From: a virus
Strand: one strand, 5' to 3'
DNA length: 64,000 bases
Virus record (IMG/VR): IMGVR_UViG_3300032286_000547
Span: 32,001-96,000 of that record
Below the pieces are notes generated by a model. It was not told the DNA's origin and searched no databases. It saw only the letters and a list, made by a program, of their open reading frames with translations. Both the position numbers and the translations under genes were made by a program. This document shows, piece after piece, positions 45,096-55,491 of this stretch (position 1 is its first letter; the number at the start of each line of letters is the position of its first letter).

Positions 45096-46637
45096 TTACT
45101 TAATTGTGCTAACACGTTTGCTTATTTTAGCTTTCATGTCACTAAGAGAATTAACAATATTAGTTATTTCTGTAGCAGAGATAGCTGGCATGTTGAATTG
45201 ATACTTCTTAGATTCAGTAGCAAATCCTTCTTTAGCTCTCTCAGCAAGAGATTCTAATTCACGGATAGCATAGTCTTCATCTAATTGGATTGTATCAAAC
45301 ATTCCATCATGTAGAATTCTAGTAGCTTCTTCTCTTGGTACAGTCATAATTGGAAGATACTCATAACATCTACCCTTGTGTTGACCAATACCAACCACTT
45401 TCATAGGATTGATAAGAACAATAACAGATTGATCACCACAACCTACATAGTGAATCTGATCAGCTGTGAAGTGTAATCCTGCAGCAGCACAATCTTGTGT
45501 ACTCCAGTTACATTCTTCCATAGGCATACTAGTCACTTGTCCAATACGGATATCAAATGTTTTGGTCCAGTCATCTGTAAATCTGTTCTCTTCTCTATTA
45601 GGAAGATCTAGATATAGTTCAACTAATCCACCAATCTTCTGACCATGGTCTACAGGAACTGTTTGCTCATATTCATATTCTTCCACTTCTCCTGTTCCAT
45701 TACAAGTATCACAGTCTTCCCAGTCATTATCATCTTCCCATGCATCATTGTACCAACCACCTTCACCATCACAATCTGGACATGTTGCACTTTCTATAAC
45801 TACAGTTTTAAACAACTTATCATCATGTACAAGTTTGTATTCACCATTCTCTAAGAATATTGTATATTCATTTGGATTCTTCTTCCATACAGCTTTCACT
45901 TTATTGTATGCATTACTAATGAAATGTACAAGTTCTGGTGATCCATGTAATGTTACAACATTTCTCAATGCTACAACAAAACCTTGTCTTGTGATTCTGA
46001 AAGAATTCTCACTCAAGAATCTGTATAACTCATGTGCCACCTCAGCTCTTGGGTTTAGACAACACCACATAAAGAAGTTCTTCAATGCTACATATTCATC
46101 ATCTTGATTCAATTGTACTTGAAACATTTCTTGAGATGGTTCATTAGCCACTCTATCCACTACACGAATAAATTCTTCTACTAATATCTGAGGAAGACTT
46201 CTAGATGTACCAGTTAGATAAACTGTACTTCCTTCTACAGTGAAATCATTTAGACAACCAAGTATTTCTATACCCTGTTGTAGAGCTTTCATTCTAGCTG
46301 CTTCAGCTCTAACTTTCTCTACATCTTGTAACACTTCATGAGAAGCTACAATAGCATGAATTTCATGCACACTTCTTGCATTTACAACAGCATGATAATC
46401 TTCTTCTGTTGCTGAAGGTTTATTCAAAATACTTCCATCATTCAACACTACAGTGAGTGTATCATTAATCAGCTTAAGGCTGAAATATGGTTTCTCAAAC
46501 ACTTTTTTGTCAAGATCATAATCAGAACCTACTTGTTCTTGTTCCATAATACTGTCTAACTTGTTAGCTATCACTTTAGCTATTGCGTTCTCTGCTGTTT
46601 GCTTGAACCAGTCAAGACTTAAAAATTTGTTACTCAT
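45096..46637 (-). CDS. rIIB: rIIB-like protein with an inserted DnaJ-type zinc finger
   Basis: LY.FL....F.IT..G...A...V, IG....MP...C......C..GLH and V.INP..VV motifs. It lies two genes downstream of the rIIA-like gene. Confidence 0.7.
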   Translation of the reverse strand: MSNKFLSLDWFKQTAENAIAKVIANKLDSIMEQEQVGSDYDLDKKVFEKPYFSLKLINDTLTVVLNDGSILNKPSATEEDYHAVVNARSVHEIHAIVASHEVLQDVEKVRAEAARMKALQQGIEILGCLNDFTVEGSTVYLTGTSRSLPQILVEEFIRVVDRVANEPSQEMFQVQLNQDDEYVALKNFFMWCCLNPRAEVAHELYRFLSENSFRITRQGFVVALRNVVTLHGSPELVHFISNAYNKVKAVWKKNPNEYTIFLENGEYKLVHDDKLFKTVVIESATCPDCDGEGGWYNDAWEDDNDWEDCDTCNGTGEVEEYEYEQTVPVDHGQKIGGLVELYLDLPNREENRFTDDWTKTFDIRIGQVTSMPMEECNWSTQDCAAAGLHFTADQIHYVGCGDQSVIVLINPMKVVGIGQHKGRCYEYLPIMTVPREEATRILHDGMFDTIQLDEDYAIRELESLAERAKEGFATESKKYQFNMPAISATEITNIVNSLSDMKAKISKRVSTIK

Positions 46638-46674
46638 GATTTTTATTTATTAATTAATTGTTACACTTTTTAAA

Positions 46675-46701
46675 CTTGAGGTCACAATTTGCGACCTCAA
46701 G
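46675..46701. terminator. Intergenic hairpin (possible terminator)
   Basis: cttgaggtc(a)caa / ttg(c)gacctcaag. Confidence 0.45.
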
Positions 46702-46707
46702 ATTTTA

Positions 46708-46815
46708 TTATTCTTCATCATCCCAAAACTCACAATGTTCCATACATGATGGACATAAATCTATGTCATCTGCATATTCTGAATATGCACCACAACAGTC
46801 ACTTACTAAAGCCAT
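46708..46815 (-). CDS. Cys-rich microprotein (35 aa; not in the ORF track)
   Basis: MALVSDCCGAYSEYADDIDLCPSCMEHCEFWDDEE, starting just after the rIIA stop. Confidence 0.55.
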   Translation of the reverse strand: MALVSDCCGAYSEYADDIDLCPSCMEHCEFWDDEE

Positions 46816-46817
46816 AA

Positions 46818-49145
46818 TTAGTCTATTAATTGTTCAACGGTTTCTTCTGTCAACACTTCTTCATTAATTCTAATGTTGTAGTGTTTTAGGTTCACTCTGT
46901 GCTTGTAATACTTAAATAAGTCAGTCATCACATTAATGATTGGATCTTGTTCATTATAAAATCCAATTTTTTGACACAAAGGATTTAAGAACACTAATTT
47001 AGTCAATAATTCTCTCATTTCCAAGGCTTCAGGATACATATTCATATCGAATAAGTTATTTTCTTCAGCTATGGATAACATAGATTCTAAGAATTCTTTT
47101 GCTGGACCACTTCCTCCAGAATATCCAGGGATAACATAATTATCACTAACATATTTAGCTAAAGCATTTAACTTCTGACTAAGTTCTGTAGATACATATC
47201 CTACTTGAGTACTTCTTTCAAATATAGGTTTGTATTCGTCCATCAATTTTCTAATGTAGCATGCTGTGGCCATTCTTTTGAATGGTGCTGTATTTCCTTC
47301 CATAAATGTTTCTAATGATATTAAATTATGAATCTCTGAATCTTTCAATATAGTTAACTCTCTTTGAGAGAATGTAACCACTTCCATTTTTTGTTTGCTT
47401 ATAAGACCATACAATGCATCTATCTTTAGATAGTCATCATGGTGAGCATACACTCTCAACATGTTGTGAGTATGCATCTCTTCTAACTTATAAGTAATAG
47501 GAACGAATTTACAGTTTCTACCATCACTCCATTTCATAAGTTCTTCAGCACGTTTACCAATCACTTCTCCTTTAAGTTTAGGACCTCTTGCTACTGATTG
47601 ACCAGTACCACTTACAATTGCTCTCACTTTCTTTCTAGAATCAATAAATGCTTGTGGCACTTGTAGTTCATCTAGATTTATAAAAGATTCAGACAACATG
47701 GCTACAATAGATTGATATTCTTTAATAACATCTCTCCATTGATCTTTAGGATAGTTCTTCAAGTCTAATAGGTGATAATATGTTCTAACGTCAAACTTAG
47801 CAGGAATTCCTAATGTCATAGGCTTGCTTGGTTTTACAACAAACACTTTATCACTGTTACTATAGATACTTCTCAAATAATCTTTCTTGATTCCTGGCAC
47901 CTTATCTTCATAGATGTACACTTTCACATCATTAGAAGCTAAAGATTGAGGTTTCCAATACCAATTGTATCCTTTTGTAGCGTCCATCATTCTCTTGTTG
48001 TTCAAATAGAACTTAGGAGAGAAGTCTTCTAATAGATAATTCTTTTTGTTAGAAGAATAGAGTGCTGCAAAATCAATAAGAGAAAGTCCTTCCAGCTGTG
48101 GAGTTTTGATTTGAACAGTTGCATATTGTTCAAGATCATCAATTTTAACAGATGAACCATTGAACTCGATATAATTTCCTGATTTCTCTAGGTGATTAAT
48201 CATAGATCTAATATCACATCCACTCTCTACATTTTCGTTGTATTTATTTATAAAATAATTAGCAACGTCTGCAAGTTTAGATTTAATAATCTCTTTTGCC
48301 TCTTGAGTATATCTGATAGACTCTCTGTTTGGTGTTGGATAGATTCCATCTGTTAGAGAAAATCTAAGACCAATAGGGAAAATTATTCTATCTACACCTA
48401 TCTTATCAAAGTCTAATGGATAGTACACATTGTCTAAACATATGTGTAACTCTCTTGATTCACATAATTCAGAAAACTGAAAATCAGGATGTCTAGAGAT
48501 GATGAACTCATTATGGATACTGCTATCAGATGGTACATCAAAATACACATCTTCGAAATAACAAAGCTGTTCTTTGATCTTTTGTCTGAACTGATACTGA
48601 TGTTGATACTTAACTGGTACAATCACCTTAACACCGTTTCTCTCTGTTGTAGGAGTTTCATGAAGAAGATCGATAGTATTTACATCTTCTCCTTCATACA
48701 TCATATACTTACGTTCCATACCATCTTTTCTACATACAAAGTAGAAACTAGATGAATAAGCAAGAGGTGCTTTGAAACCAAGACCCATCATACCAAGCTC
48801 AGTGTTACTTTCACGCTTAGTAGACTTACCATACTTACTAATAATGTTCTTTACATCATCAGCATCAAGACCAATACCAAAATCTTCTACACAAAATTCA
48901 TAATTGTAGCTAGAACTTTCCTTAAAGGAAACAATAATTGGATCTTTCACTCCAGCTCTTCTATGACTATCTAGAGCATTACTTGCACACTCTCTGATAG
49001 TAGAGCCTATATCATCTGAATACAGATTCTTACTTAACATCTGCATCAATATCTGAGCAGAATCTAAGTCTAGTGACATTCCAATTGATTCTTGTGCTTG
49101 TCCATCAACTAGGACATTTGCTTCTTTCTGTTTTTCTAAAATCAT
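46818..49145 (-). CDS. rIIA: rIIA-like protein (GHKL/HATPase N-terminal domain)
   Basis: LYSD...IRE..SNA.DSH, D.G.GL, YG.STK..SN...G..GLG.K and PNRE.I.Y motifs. Confidence 0.8.
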   Translation of the reverse strand: MILEKQKEANVLVDGQAQESIGMSLDLDSAQILMQMLSKNLYSDDIGSTIRECASNALDSHRRAGVKDPIIVSFKESSSYNYEFCVEDFGIGLDADDVKNIISKYGKSTKRESNTELGMMGLGFKAPLAYSSSFYFVCRKDGMERKYMMYEGEDVNTIDLLHETPTTERNGVKVIVPVKYQHQYQFRQKIKEQLCYFEDVYFDVPSDSSIHNEFIISRHPDFQFSELCESRELHICLDNVYYPLDFDKIGVDRIIFPIGLRFSLTDGIYPTPNRESIRYTQEAKEIIKSKLADVANYFINKYNENVESGCDIRSMINHLEKSGNYIEFNGSSVKIDDLEQYATVQIKTPQLEGLSLIDFAALYSSNKKNYLLEDFSPKFYLNNKRMMDATKGYNWYWKPQSLASNDVKVYIYEDKVPGIKKDYLRSIYSNSDKVFVVKPSKPMTLGIPAKFDVRTYYHLLDLKNYPKDQWRDVIKEYQSIVAMLSESFINLDELQVPQAFIDSRKKVRAIVSGTGQSVARGPKLKGEVIGKRAEELMKWSDGRNCKFVPITYKLEEMHTHNMLRVYAHHDDYLKIDALYGLISKQKMEVVTFSQRELTILKDSEIHNLISLETFMEGNTAPFKRMATACYIRKLMDEYKPIFERSTQVGYVSTELSQKLNALAKYVSDNYVIPGYSGGSGPAKEFLESMLSIAEENNLFDMNMYPEALEMRELLTKLVFLNPLCQKIGFYNEQDPIINVMTDLFKYYKHRVNLKHYNIRINEEVLTEETVEQLID

Positions 49146-49156
49146 CTTGCTTTAAT

Positions 49157-49483
49157 TTAAATTGTTTCTCTTTTTACTAACCAAATTTGTCTCTCGTTAA
49201 GATCTTGTGAGATTCTCATATTATGATCCTCACCTGACACTCCCCAAACTTTTGTTGTTCTGGTATATGAATTTCCATTCCAAGTATAAGTGTTTGTTAT
49301 CACATTTTGTTTAGCACTACATCTTACATTTGCATACATTGGTTGTTTTGTATGCCAATGCACTTTAGTTTTACTTAACGCTGGTGGTGTTAACACCTTT
49401 AAATATTTAAAGAATGACTGACAAGATATCATTATCTCATCACCTACTTGTAAATCTTGAATTTCAATTAATTGATTTTCCAT
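49157..49483 (-). CDS. Hypothetical protein
   Basis: 108-aa ORF. Confidence 0.55.
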   Translation of the reverse strand: MENQLIEIQDLQVGDEIMISCQSFFKYLKVLTPPALSKTKVHWHTKQPMYANVRCSAKQNVITNTYTWNGNSYTRTTKVWGVSGEDHNMRISQDLNERQIWLVKRETI

Positions 49484-49494
49484 GTTTTCTAATT

Positions 49495-50214
49495 TTAAAA
49501 GGGCAGGTCAACATCTAACCATTGAACACTAAACCCATTGTTTTCTTCTAATAATCTATTCACCTTTGCAAACACACCTTCTGTATCCCAATCTATTGAT
49601 TTATAGGAAGCACTTGCTGGATGAGACACTTCAAATACATGGGTAAATATACCTGTGTATTTTTTGTATTTTGCAGCATCTTTCCCTAAGAATATAATAG
49701 GAACACCTAAGTGGTTTATAATTTCCTCAAAAAGATATTTTACAAGTGGTTCCCATATTTCCATATGACTACCAGCTTTGTTCATCTCTGTTGTTAATGC
49801 TGCATTGAACATTAGAACACCCTGTTTAGCTAAGAAGCTAACATCTGGATTCTCTATAATATTCAAGTTTAGCCCATCGTAAAATTCTCTCTCCATAGCT
49901 CCATAGAATTGAGCTAATGAAGGTTGAACTTGTTCTGTAATAGAACAACCCATAAGTAATCCATCTGCTACTGGAGCATCATTCTTGAATGTGTGATATG
50001 GACACATACCAACCATTACCACTTTAAGATCATCAAGTGATGTTTCTTTAAAGCATCTCCATACATGCATAGATAGAGGAGCAACTTTCTTACCTCTCTT
50101 ACTCTCTGCTTTTAGAAATGCATAAATCTTATCACATTCTTCACTCTCAATAAATGGCTTCATTTTACCATGCCAGCTTTCATGAAACTGATGTTTAAAA
50201 TTTTCCCAATTCAT
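49495..50214 (-). CDS. ung: Uracil-DNA glycosylase family 1-like protein with an atypical active site
   Basis: KVV..GMCPYH (vs GQDPY), QPSL, LA.QGVL.FN.ALT, GSH...W, LG..A and SHPA motifs. Confidence 0.75.
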   Translation of the reverse strand: MNWENFKHQFHESWHGKMKPFIESEECDKIYAFLKAESKRGKKVAPLSMHVWRCFKETSLDDLKVVMVGMCPYHTFKNDAPVADGLLMGCSITEQVQPSLAQFYGAMEREFYDGLNLNIIENPDVSFLAKQGVLMFNAALTTEMNKAGSHMEIWEPLVKYLFEEIINHLGVPIIFLGKDAAKYKKYTGIFTHVFEVSHPASASYKSIDWDTEGVFAKVNRLLEENNGFSVQWLDVDLPF

Positions 50215-51212
50215 ATTATTTCTTTTTGTGTTAAATATTTCTCTATAGTCTTTAGTCCATGTATGCGTGCTAGATCAGCCCAATCTTTAATTCCTTCATC
50301 TAGATAGATTCTAGGTACATTGCAATACTCAAATCCAAACTTATCAGTTATCATTTGAGAATTCTTTACACCAGTCTCGTCAGAATCAAAACTTAAGATT
50401 TGTCTATCAGAATTTTCCTTGATGTATTCAACGTTCTCTTCAGAGAAACATCCCATACCTTCATTCTGTACAGCACAACAACATGGATAGATCTTTTTCA
50501 TTACCATGTAATCCTTCTTACTCTTATTGATAAATGCAACATCACAATCTTTTATATCTTGCAATCCATCCATCATTGTAATAGGCACATTATTAGGCAT
50601 CCACTTATTCTTCTTATCAGCAAATGGTCTGTAGATTTTCCAATGTCCTTCATATAGATAACCAAATCTAAGCTCAGAGTCCTTTATAGGGAACTTCTGT
50701 TTGTTTAGATATACAGTGTCTATTGAATATACATTGTTAGCTCTAAGATCATCTATGTCTTGATAATATGCATTCCAATATGCTAGTTCTTCGTGTGTGA
50801 ACTTTCTTGTCTTCACTTGAATAAAATACTCACGTTTGGATGTAGCTGTTGGTTGTGCATAATCAGAAATAATCCTCTCATATTGTTTTGTAGAGGACCC
50901 ACTGATAATCCCTAGGTCAAAATCTCTATCAATCATTAGTAAGGCATCATTAAGATTTACATTGAATAACATCATTACAAAATTGAAACATCCACCTTTC
51001 TTGCTGGAATCTCCAAAATCTACATATCTCAATGCTCCTCCTCTATATCCTATAATGAATGATGGATTCTTTTCATTTCTAAAGGGAGAATAAGTAACTA
51101 CATTAATTTTCCAGTTCTGATGTGGCATATAGAATTTATAAATATCATATTCAGATATCTTGTCTAGTATGCTATCAGGTGTCAATTTTACTCTCTTTTT
51201 CCCTTGTATCAT
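50211..51212 (-). CDS. DNA primase (TOPRIM)
   Basis: Likely start MIQGKK. It has an SPFR.E.NPSF degenerate Zn-binding region and KS.KD, FDSD..G and KD.AD motifs. Confidence 0.75.
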   Translation of the reverse strand: MIQGKKRVKLTPDSILDKISEYDIYKFYMPHQNWKINVVTYSPFRNEKNPSFIIGYRGGALRYVDFGDSSKKGGCFNFVMMLFNVNLNDALLMIDRDFDLGIISGSSTKQYERIISDYAQPTATSKREYFIQVKTRKFTHEELAYWNAYYQDIDDLRANNVYSIDTVYLNKQKFPIKDSELRFGYLYEGHWKIYRPFADKKNKWMPNNVPITMMDGLQDIKDCDVAFINKSKKDYMVMKKIYPCCCAVQNEGMGCFSEENVEYIKENSDRQILSFDSDETGVKNSQMITDKFGFEYCNVPRIYLDEGIKDWADLARIHGLKTIEKYLTQKEII

Positions 51213-51223
51213 AGTTTTAAAAT

Positions 51224-51251
51224 AAAAAAGCCTCACCATTTCTGATGAGGC
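51224..51251 (-). terminator. Intrinsic terminator-like hairpin
   Basis: A gcctca...tgaggc stem with a T-run on the minus strand. Confidence 0.5.
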
Positions 51252-51273
51252 CTCTTATCAACAATTAATTTAA

Positions 51274-52146
51274 TTAATAATCATCTCCTTCATCAGATAT
51301 AAATGCATCAGAGGCAACTAAGTTATCATCTGCATTATAGTCTTGAAGGTCTTTAAATGTGTAATAGTCTTTACAACCATACTCACCTATAACGTTTACA
51401 ACAAATTTTTCATAAGCTTTCAAATCACGAGGTTTCTTATTCTTAAGACTCTCTTGCACCTTCTTACTTCCGTAATCTACAAGTCTGAATTGCTTCAATG
51501 CATATCCACTTAAGAATGCTTTATTATAGATACCTTGGTATTCTTTAGACTCTCCATCTTTCTCTTTAACTATTACAGTTGCAAGAGCTACAACAGATTT
51601 AGCCCACTCACCATCAATTTGGTCTTTCAAATCTTTTACATTACCACGCATCAACTTCTTCCATTCTAATTGTAGAACAGTTTCTGAATCACGATAGTCA
51701 AGATCAGCTAACCATGTACGCATGAAATTGTAAAGATCTTCTTCACCTGTATATGCCACTCTGAAATCTCTTCCTTTGGTAAACCATTCAGCAAGATCAT
51801 TTTCATCTGCAGCCCAAGAACACATACCAATAGAATTGATATATTGTTTCTTAGTACCATCTTTATTTTCTCTCTCCTTGTCTTCTAAAAAGAATGACAC
51901 CTTGAATTTGTCTTGATTCTTAACTTCTTCTAACCAGAAGTCAACACGTAGATAGATGTTACCATCTTTTGTCTCACCTAAATACTCAGCAGCTTTGCTG
52001 TCTTCTTTAAGTTCCATACCCAGAATGTCTTTAAACTCTTCTGCTGTTGGATTAATTGCAACCACGTTTGCTTCAAACAAACCTACTTTCTTTCCATACT
52101 CTACACTACCTGTGCTTTCTCTCTTTTTTCCTCCGATACTACTCAT
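51274..52146 (-). CDS. Putative single-stranded DNA-binding protein
   Basis: It lies between the AAA ATPase and the primase, and has a V.AINPT motif and an acidic C-terminal tail (DEGDDY). Confidence 0.45.
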   Translation of the reverse strand: MSSIGGKKRESTGSVEYGKKVGLFEANVVAINPTAEEFKDILGMELKEDSKAAEYLGETKDGNIYLRVDFWLEEVKNQDKFKVSFFLEDKERENKDGTKKQYINSIGMCSWAADENDLAEWFTKGRDFRVAYTGEEDLYNFMRTWLADLDYRDSETVLQLEWKKLMRGNVKDLKDQIDGEWAKSVVALATVIVKEKDGESKEYQGIYNKAFLSGYALKQFRLVDYGSKKVQESLKNKKPRDLKAYEKFVVNVIGEYGCKDYYTFKDLQDYNADDNLVASDAFISDEGDDY

Positions 52147-52158
52147 CTTAATTTAATT

Positions 52159-52830
52159 TTAGTTATAATATTCATTTAATGTGTCAACTACTAATTGTAA
52201 GTTGTTTGGTATTTTTGTTTCTGTAAACATACCATCAGGACTTTTAGCTGGAATCTTTTTGTAACGATTTGTTACAAATTCATAATTCACACTTCCATCT
52301 TTGTTTTCTTCTACATTAGTATATAATACCACTGTAAATAATCCTTCGAGATTGATTTGGTTATCAATAAGTTTACCTGATGTTTTCATTTTGTATCCTA
52401 TGATATCTCCACCATCTTCAACAGTGTCTGGGTGAGAAAAATAAAATACAGTTAAATCATCTCTTAAATGTCTAGCAGTTTTAATCATTGCAACAGTGTC
52501 TCTAGCCATAACACTGAACTTTTCATAACCTTTTTCCATTGCTTTATCAAGCATTGTGAATCCCATTACATAATTACTATCCTCAAGGATTATTTGTTTA
52601 ATGTGAGGAGCTTTCTCTGAGATAGTCTTTAACAAACGAGTGATCTCGTTAGCATCATCTATCTCTTTGTAATTCTTGTTTTCTACATTGTAAAGTTTCT
52701 CACTTCCCTTGAAAGGAAGCTCTTTCTTTGCAACATTAATGATGTACGTTTCTTCTGGATTTAGATGTTTAATACTGGTTGATTTACCTGTACCTGTAGC
52801 ACCAACAATCCCTACTAATTTACTTGCCAT
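52159..52830 (-). CDS. AAA/P-loop ATPase (Sak4/AAA_24-like)
   Basis: G.TGTGKSTS, ILED, KT.GK.ID....EG.F.VVL and AKSP.GMF motifs. Confidence 0.75.
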   Translation of the reverse strand: MASKLVGIVGATGTGKSTSIKHLNPEETYIINVAKKELPFKGSEKLYNVENKNYKEIDDANEITRLLKTISEKAPHIKQIILEDSNYVMGFTMLDKAMEKGYEKFSVMARDTVAMIKTARHLRDDLTVFYFSHPDTVEDGGDIIGYKMKTSGKLIDNQINLEGLFTVVLYTNVEENKDGSVNYEFVTNRYKKIPAKSPDGMFTETKIPNNLQLVVDTLNEYYN

Positions 52831-52898
52831 TGTTTTACTTGCTTTAATTATTAATATTTAGTTTTAAGTTATAAAGATACGAATAATTTTTTTAATTA

Positions 52899-53975
52899 TC
52901 AAACATATTTTATCTTATTTGTGTCAAAAAATTCTAGTGCTTTTGATAACCACTTTAGCTCTGTAGGTTCAGTGGTGCTTACAATATAGATGTGTGCTTT
53001 CTTATCAGGAGTGTTATACTCCATGGCCATACATCTATTTATCTTCTGTGCTAGATTCTCTGCATTACTATCAAAATAGTTTATGATCACTTTATCAAGA
53101 GGCTTATACGTTACACCTGTATTACCAATCTTCACAACAGCCAGGTGATTACCTTTACCTTCAGCAAAGTCTTCAAAGAGTTGTTTCTCACTTGATTTGC
53201 TATGATAGGAAGGAATTCCTAAGTTGTCAGCTATCTTGGTAACACCACAGAACACTAACACTCTCTCATCAGCATGTTTCTCTAGCAACGCTTTGGTTGC
53301 TTTAACCTTGGCCAATGATGATTGTATCAGTCTCATTCTAGCAAGACGCATAAACATTGTATCAGATCCACTGTTCTGCAGTTTATTAATCACCCAGGTT
53401 AAAGCATCAAACTGTTTCTTTTCAGTCTTTTGCTTTCCCTTGTAATCCTGCAGCGTAACATTGTCTAATGGTACTCTGATAACATGTATCTCATAATCTA
53501 CAATAACACCTTCCTCAATTGCTTTTTCAATTGGATAGGTTGCTATTACATGAAGATCTAATTCTTCTTCAAGGGTTCTTTCTGTCCAACTGGATAATGT
53601 ACCAGTGAGACCAAGGATCTGTCCATTAACATCAAACAGGTCCTTACACACTTCTATTTGAGCCTCGCTCAATAGATGTATCTCATCGATGATTACAACA
53701 TCAAAGCTCTGATCAGCATACTTCTTTAATGATAGATGTGTAGTGTATGTGACAATGCTGTCATCAAATCCTAGCTCTTCAAAATCAGCTTGCCAAGCAT
53801 CTTTAATCTTGTTATCTGGATAAGCAATCAATATGCTTTCAGGTTTTAGTTTGTTTAGAGCATGTATACTAGTTCTAATCTTACCAAACCTAGGACATAG
53901 ATTTAGAATTCCATACTTACCATGCTTTAACCATGTGTCAGCAAACTCTTTCTGTCTTTTATCTCTTATTGTCAT
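52899..53975 (-). CDS. Superfamily 2 helicase
   Basis: PRFGK, IIDEIH, GLTGT and Q.INR motifs. Confidence 0.8.
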   Translation of the reverse strand: MTIRDKRQKEFADTWLKHGKYGILNLCPRFGKIRTSIHALNKLKPESILIAYPDNKIKDAWQADFEELGFDDSIVTYTTHLSLKKYADQSFDVVIIDEIHLLSEAQIEVCKDLFDVNGQILGLTGTLSSWTERTLEEELDLHVIATYPIEKAIEEGVIVDYEIHVIRVPLDNVTLQDYKGKQKTEKKQFDALTWVINKLQNSGSDTMFMRLARMRLIQSSLAKVKATKALLEKHADERVLVFCGVTKIADNLGIPSYHSKSSEKQLFEDFAEGKGNHLAVVKIGNTGVTYKPLDKVIINYFDSNAENLAQKINRCMAMEYNTPDKKAHIYIVSTTEPTELKWLSKALEFFDTNKIKYV

Positions 53976-54063
53976 TTTTGTCCTTTGCTAATTAAATAAT
54001 CAAACAGCCAGATTGCTTTGGGTCTTATGAATTCATAAGCTACCCATATTAATATATACTTTA

Positions 54064-55128
54064 TCATCTTAAGAAATATGATTTGTTAGTAATAGCTTCA
54101 TAATCACTGTCTGTGATGTCTCTCTTTCTTGGGAGCTCTTTGAACATACCAATCTGGCCTAAGAAACCAAGACCAATACGCACATCATCTTCTCCATAAG
54201 AATTCTTGATTAGTCTAAGACTTCTGAAGTATTTAGCTCCATAATCATCTTTTAACTTATCAAGATTATAACCTGATGGGTCTGCCACTTTATACCTCAT
54301 AGGATCAAATAATGCCATAACAATATCAGCATCATTCTGTGTTGCTGAACTGTCTGCAAAATCTTCTAGTTGAGGTTCTACATCTCCATTCTTTATCCTA
54401 GAAGGATTAGAGATGTCACGATTAAACTGACTAACCACTACAGGACTATATCCATAGAAGTCTCTAGCATATCTCAGCTCATCAGACATCTTATCAATGG
54501 CCTGCTTCTTTGTAGGTTGTGTAGTAGTAAGTTTTAGAAGACCAATGTGATCAATAACCACCATAGTTATTTCATTTGGATCCTCAGGAACATAAATCTT
54601 ATTGTATTCATCTAGCTGTTCAATAGAACCTCTCTCTAATGCATACTTCTTAAGATCTTTAGCTATACCTACAGGGTTCTCTGGTCCATCAATGATTGTA
54701 ACTATATCACTAAGATGATTGACATAGTCTTCATAATACAAGAATAGATCATGTTCATCTTTAGTCATCTTCTCAGTCCAACCTAATAGCTTACCTACAG
54801 GAATGATAATTCCTTGGTCCAAAAATATCTTACGAGCTACCCACTTGGCCATCTTGTAAGTTCTACTACGCTCCATAGATCTATACCAAACCTTCACCTT
54901 CACTCCTGAAGCTATTCCTTCTTTAGACATAGCCCAATCAACAGGATTAAGAACAAATGCATCATCAATAAAGGATGTCTTACCAGAACCTGTAAGTCCA
55001 CCTACTAGATAGTACATACCCTTACGGATACCTACATATCTATTCAGTCTATCGAATCCCATAGGAATTCCACCGTTCTTACCTTGAAGGCCTTTATCAA
55101 CCTCTGCTTTTAATAGTTCAAAACTCAT
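54064..55128 (-). CDS. DnaB-like replicative helicase
   Basis: GGLTGSGKTS, SME, IDHIGL, SQFNR, D.ADS....QNDAD and KN.YG motifs. Confidence 0.85.
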   Translation of the reverse strand: MSFELLKAEVDKGLQGKNGGIPMGFDRLNRYVGIRKGMYYLVGGLTGSGKTSFIDDAFVLNPVDWAMSKEGIASGVKVKVWYRSMERSRTYKMAKWVARKIFLDQGIIIPVGKLLGWTEKMTKDEHDLFLYYEDYVNHLSDIVTIIDGPENPVGIAKDLKKYALERGSIEQLDEYNKIYVPEDPNEITMVVIDHIGLLKLTTTQPTKKQAIDKMSDELRYARDFYGYSPVVVSQFNRDISNPSRIKNGDVEPQLEDFADSSATQNDADIVMALFDPMRYKVADPSGYNLDKLKDDYGAKYFRSLRLIKNSYGEDDVRIGLGFLGQIGMFKELPRKRDITDSDYEAITNKSYFLR

Positions 55129-55293
55129 GTTCTATTTTTTTAGATGGGTAACGATGTACCTTTGATGTAGGATTTTCTTCAATTGCTTCTTTCAACGAAT
55201 CATATGATTTATATGGTGGATGTGGTATGTATCCACAACCTTCTTCATAAAGATAAATATCAGGCATGCAATTAAATATAACAATTGTTTGTT

Positions 55294-55491
55294 TCATAAC
55301 TTTTCTATTTCTTGTTTAACTTCTTCCCAAAATGGTTTCATTACTTCATAACAGTGTTTTAATATCTTATCAACTGCCATTATAGCACATACTTTAGCAT
55401 CTTCCCAAGCTTCTTCATCATTCATTAAATTAGCCTTTAAATAACTATAGTATTCATTAAATAACTCCTCTGCTTCTGCTTTACTGTTCAT
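55294..55491 (-). CDS. Hypothetical protein
   Basis: AK.CA..AVD.I...W.EVK.EIEKL, a family common in Bacteroidota phages. Confidence 0.6.
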   Translation of the reverse strand: MNSKAEAEELFNEYYSYLKANLMNDEEAWEDAKVCAIMAVDKILKHCYEVMKPFWEEVKQEIEKL

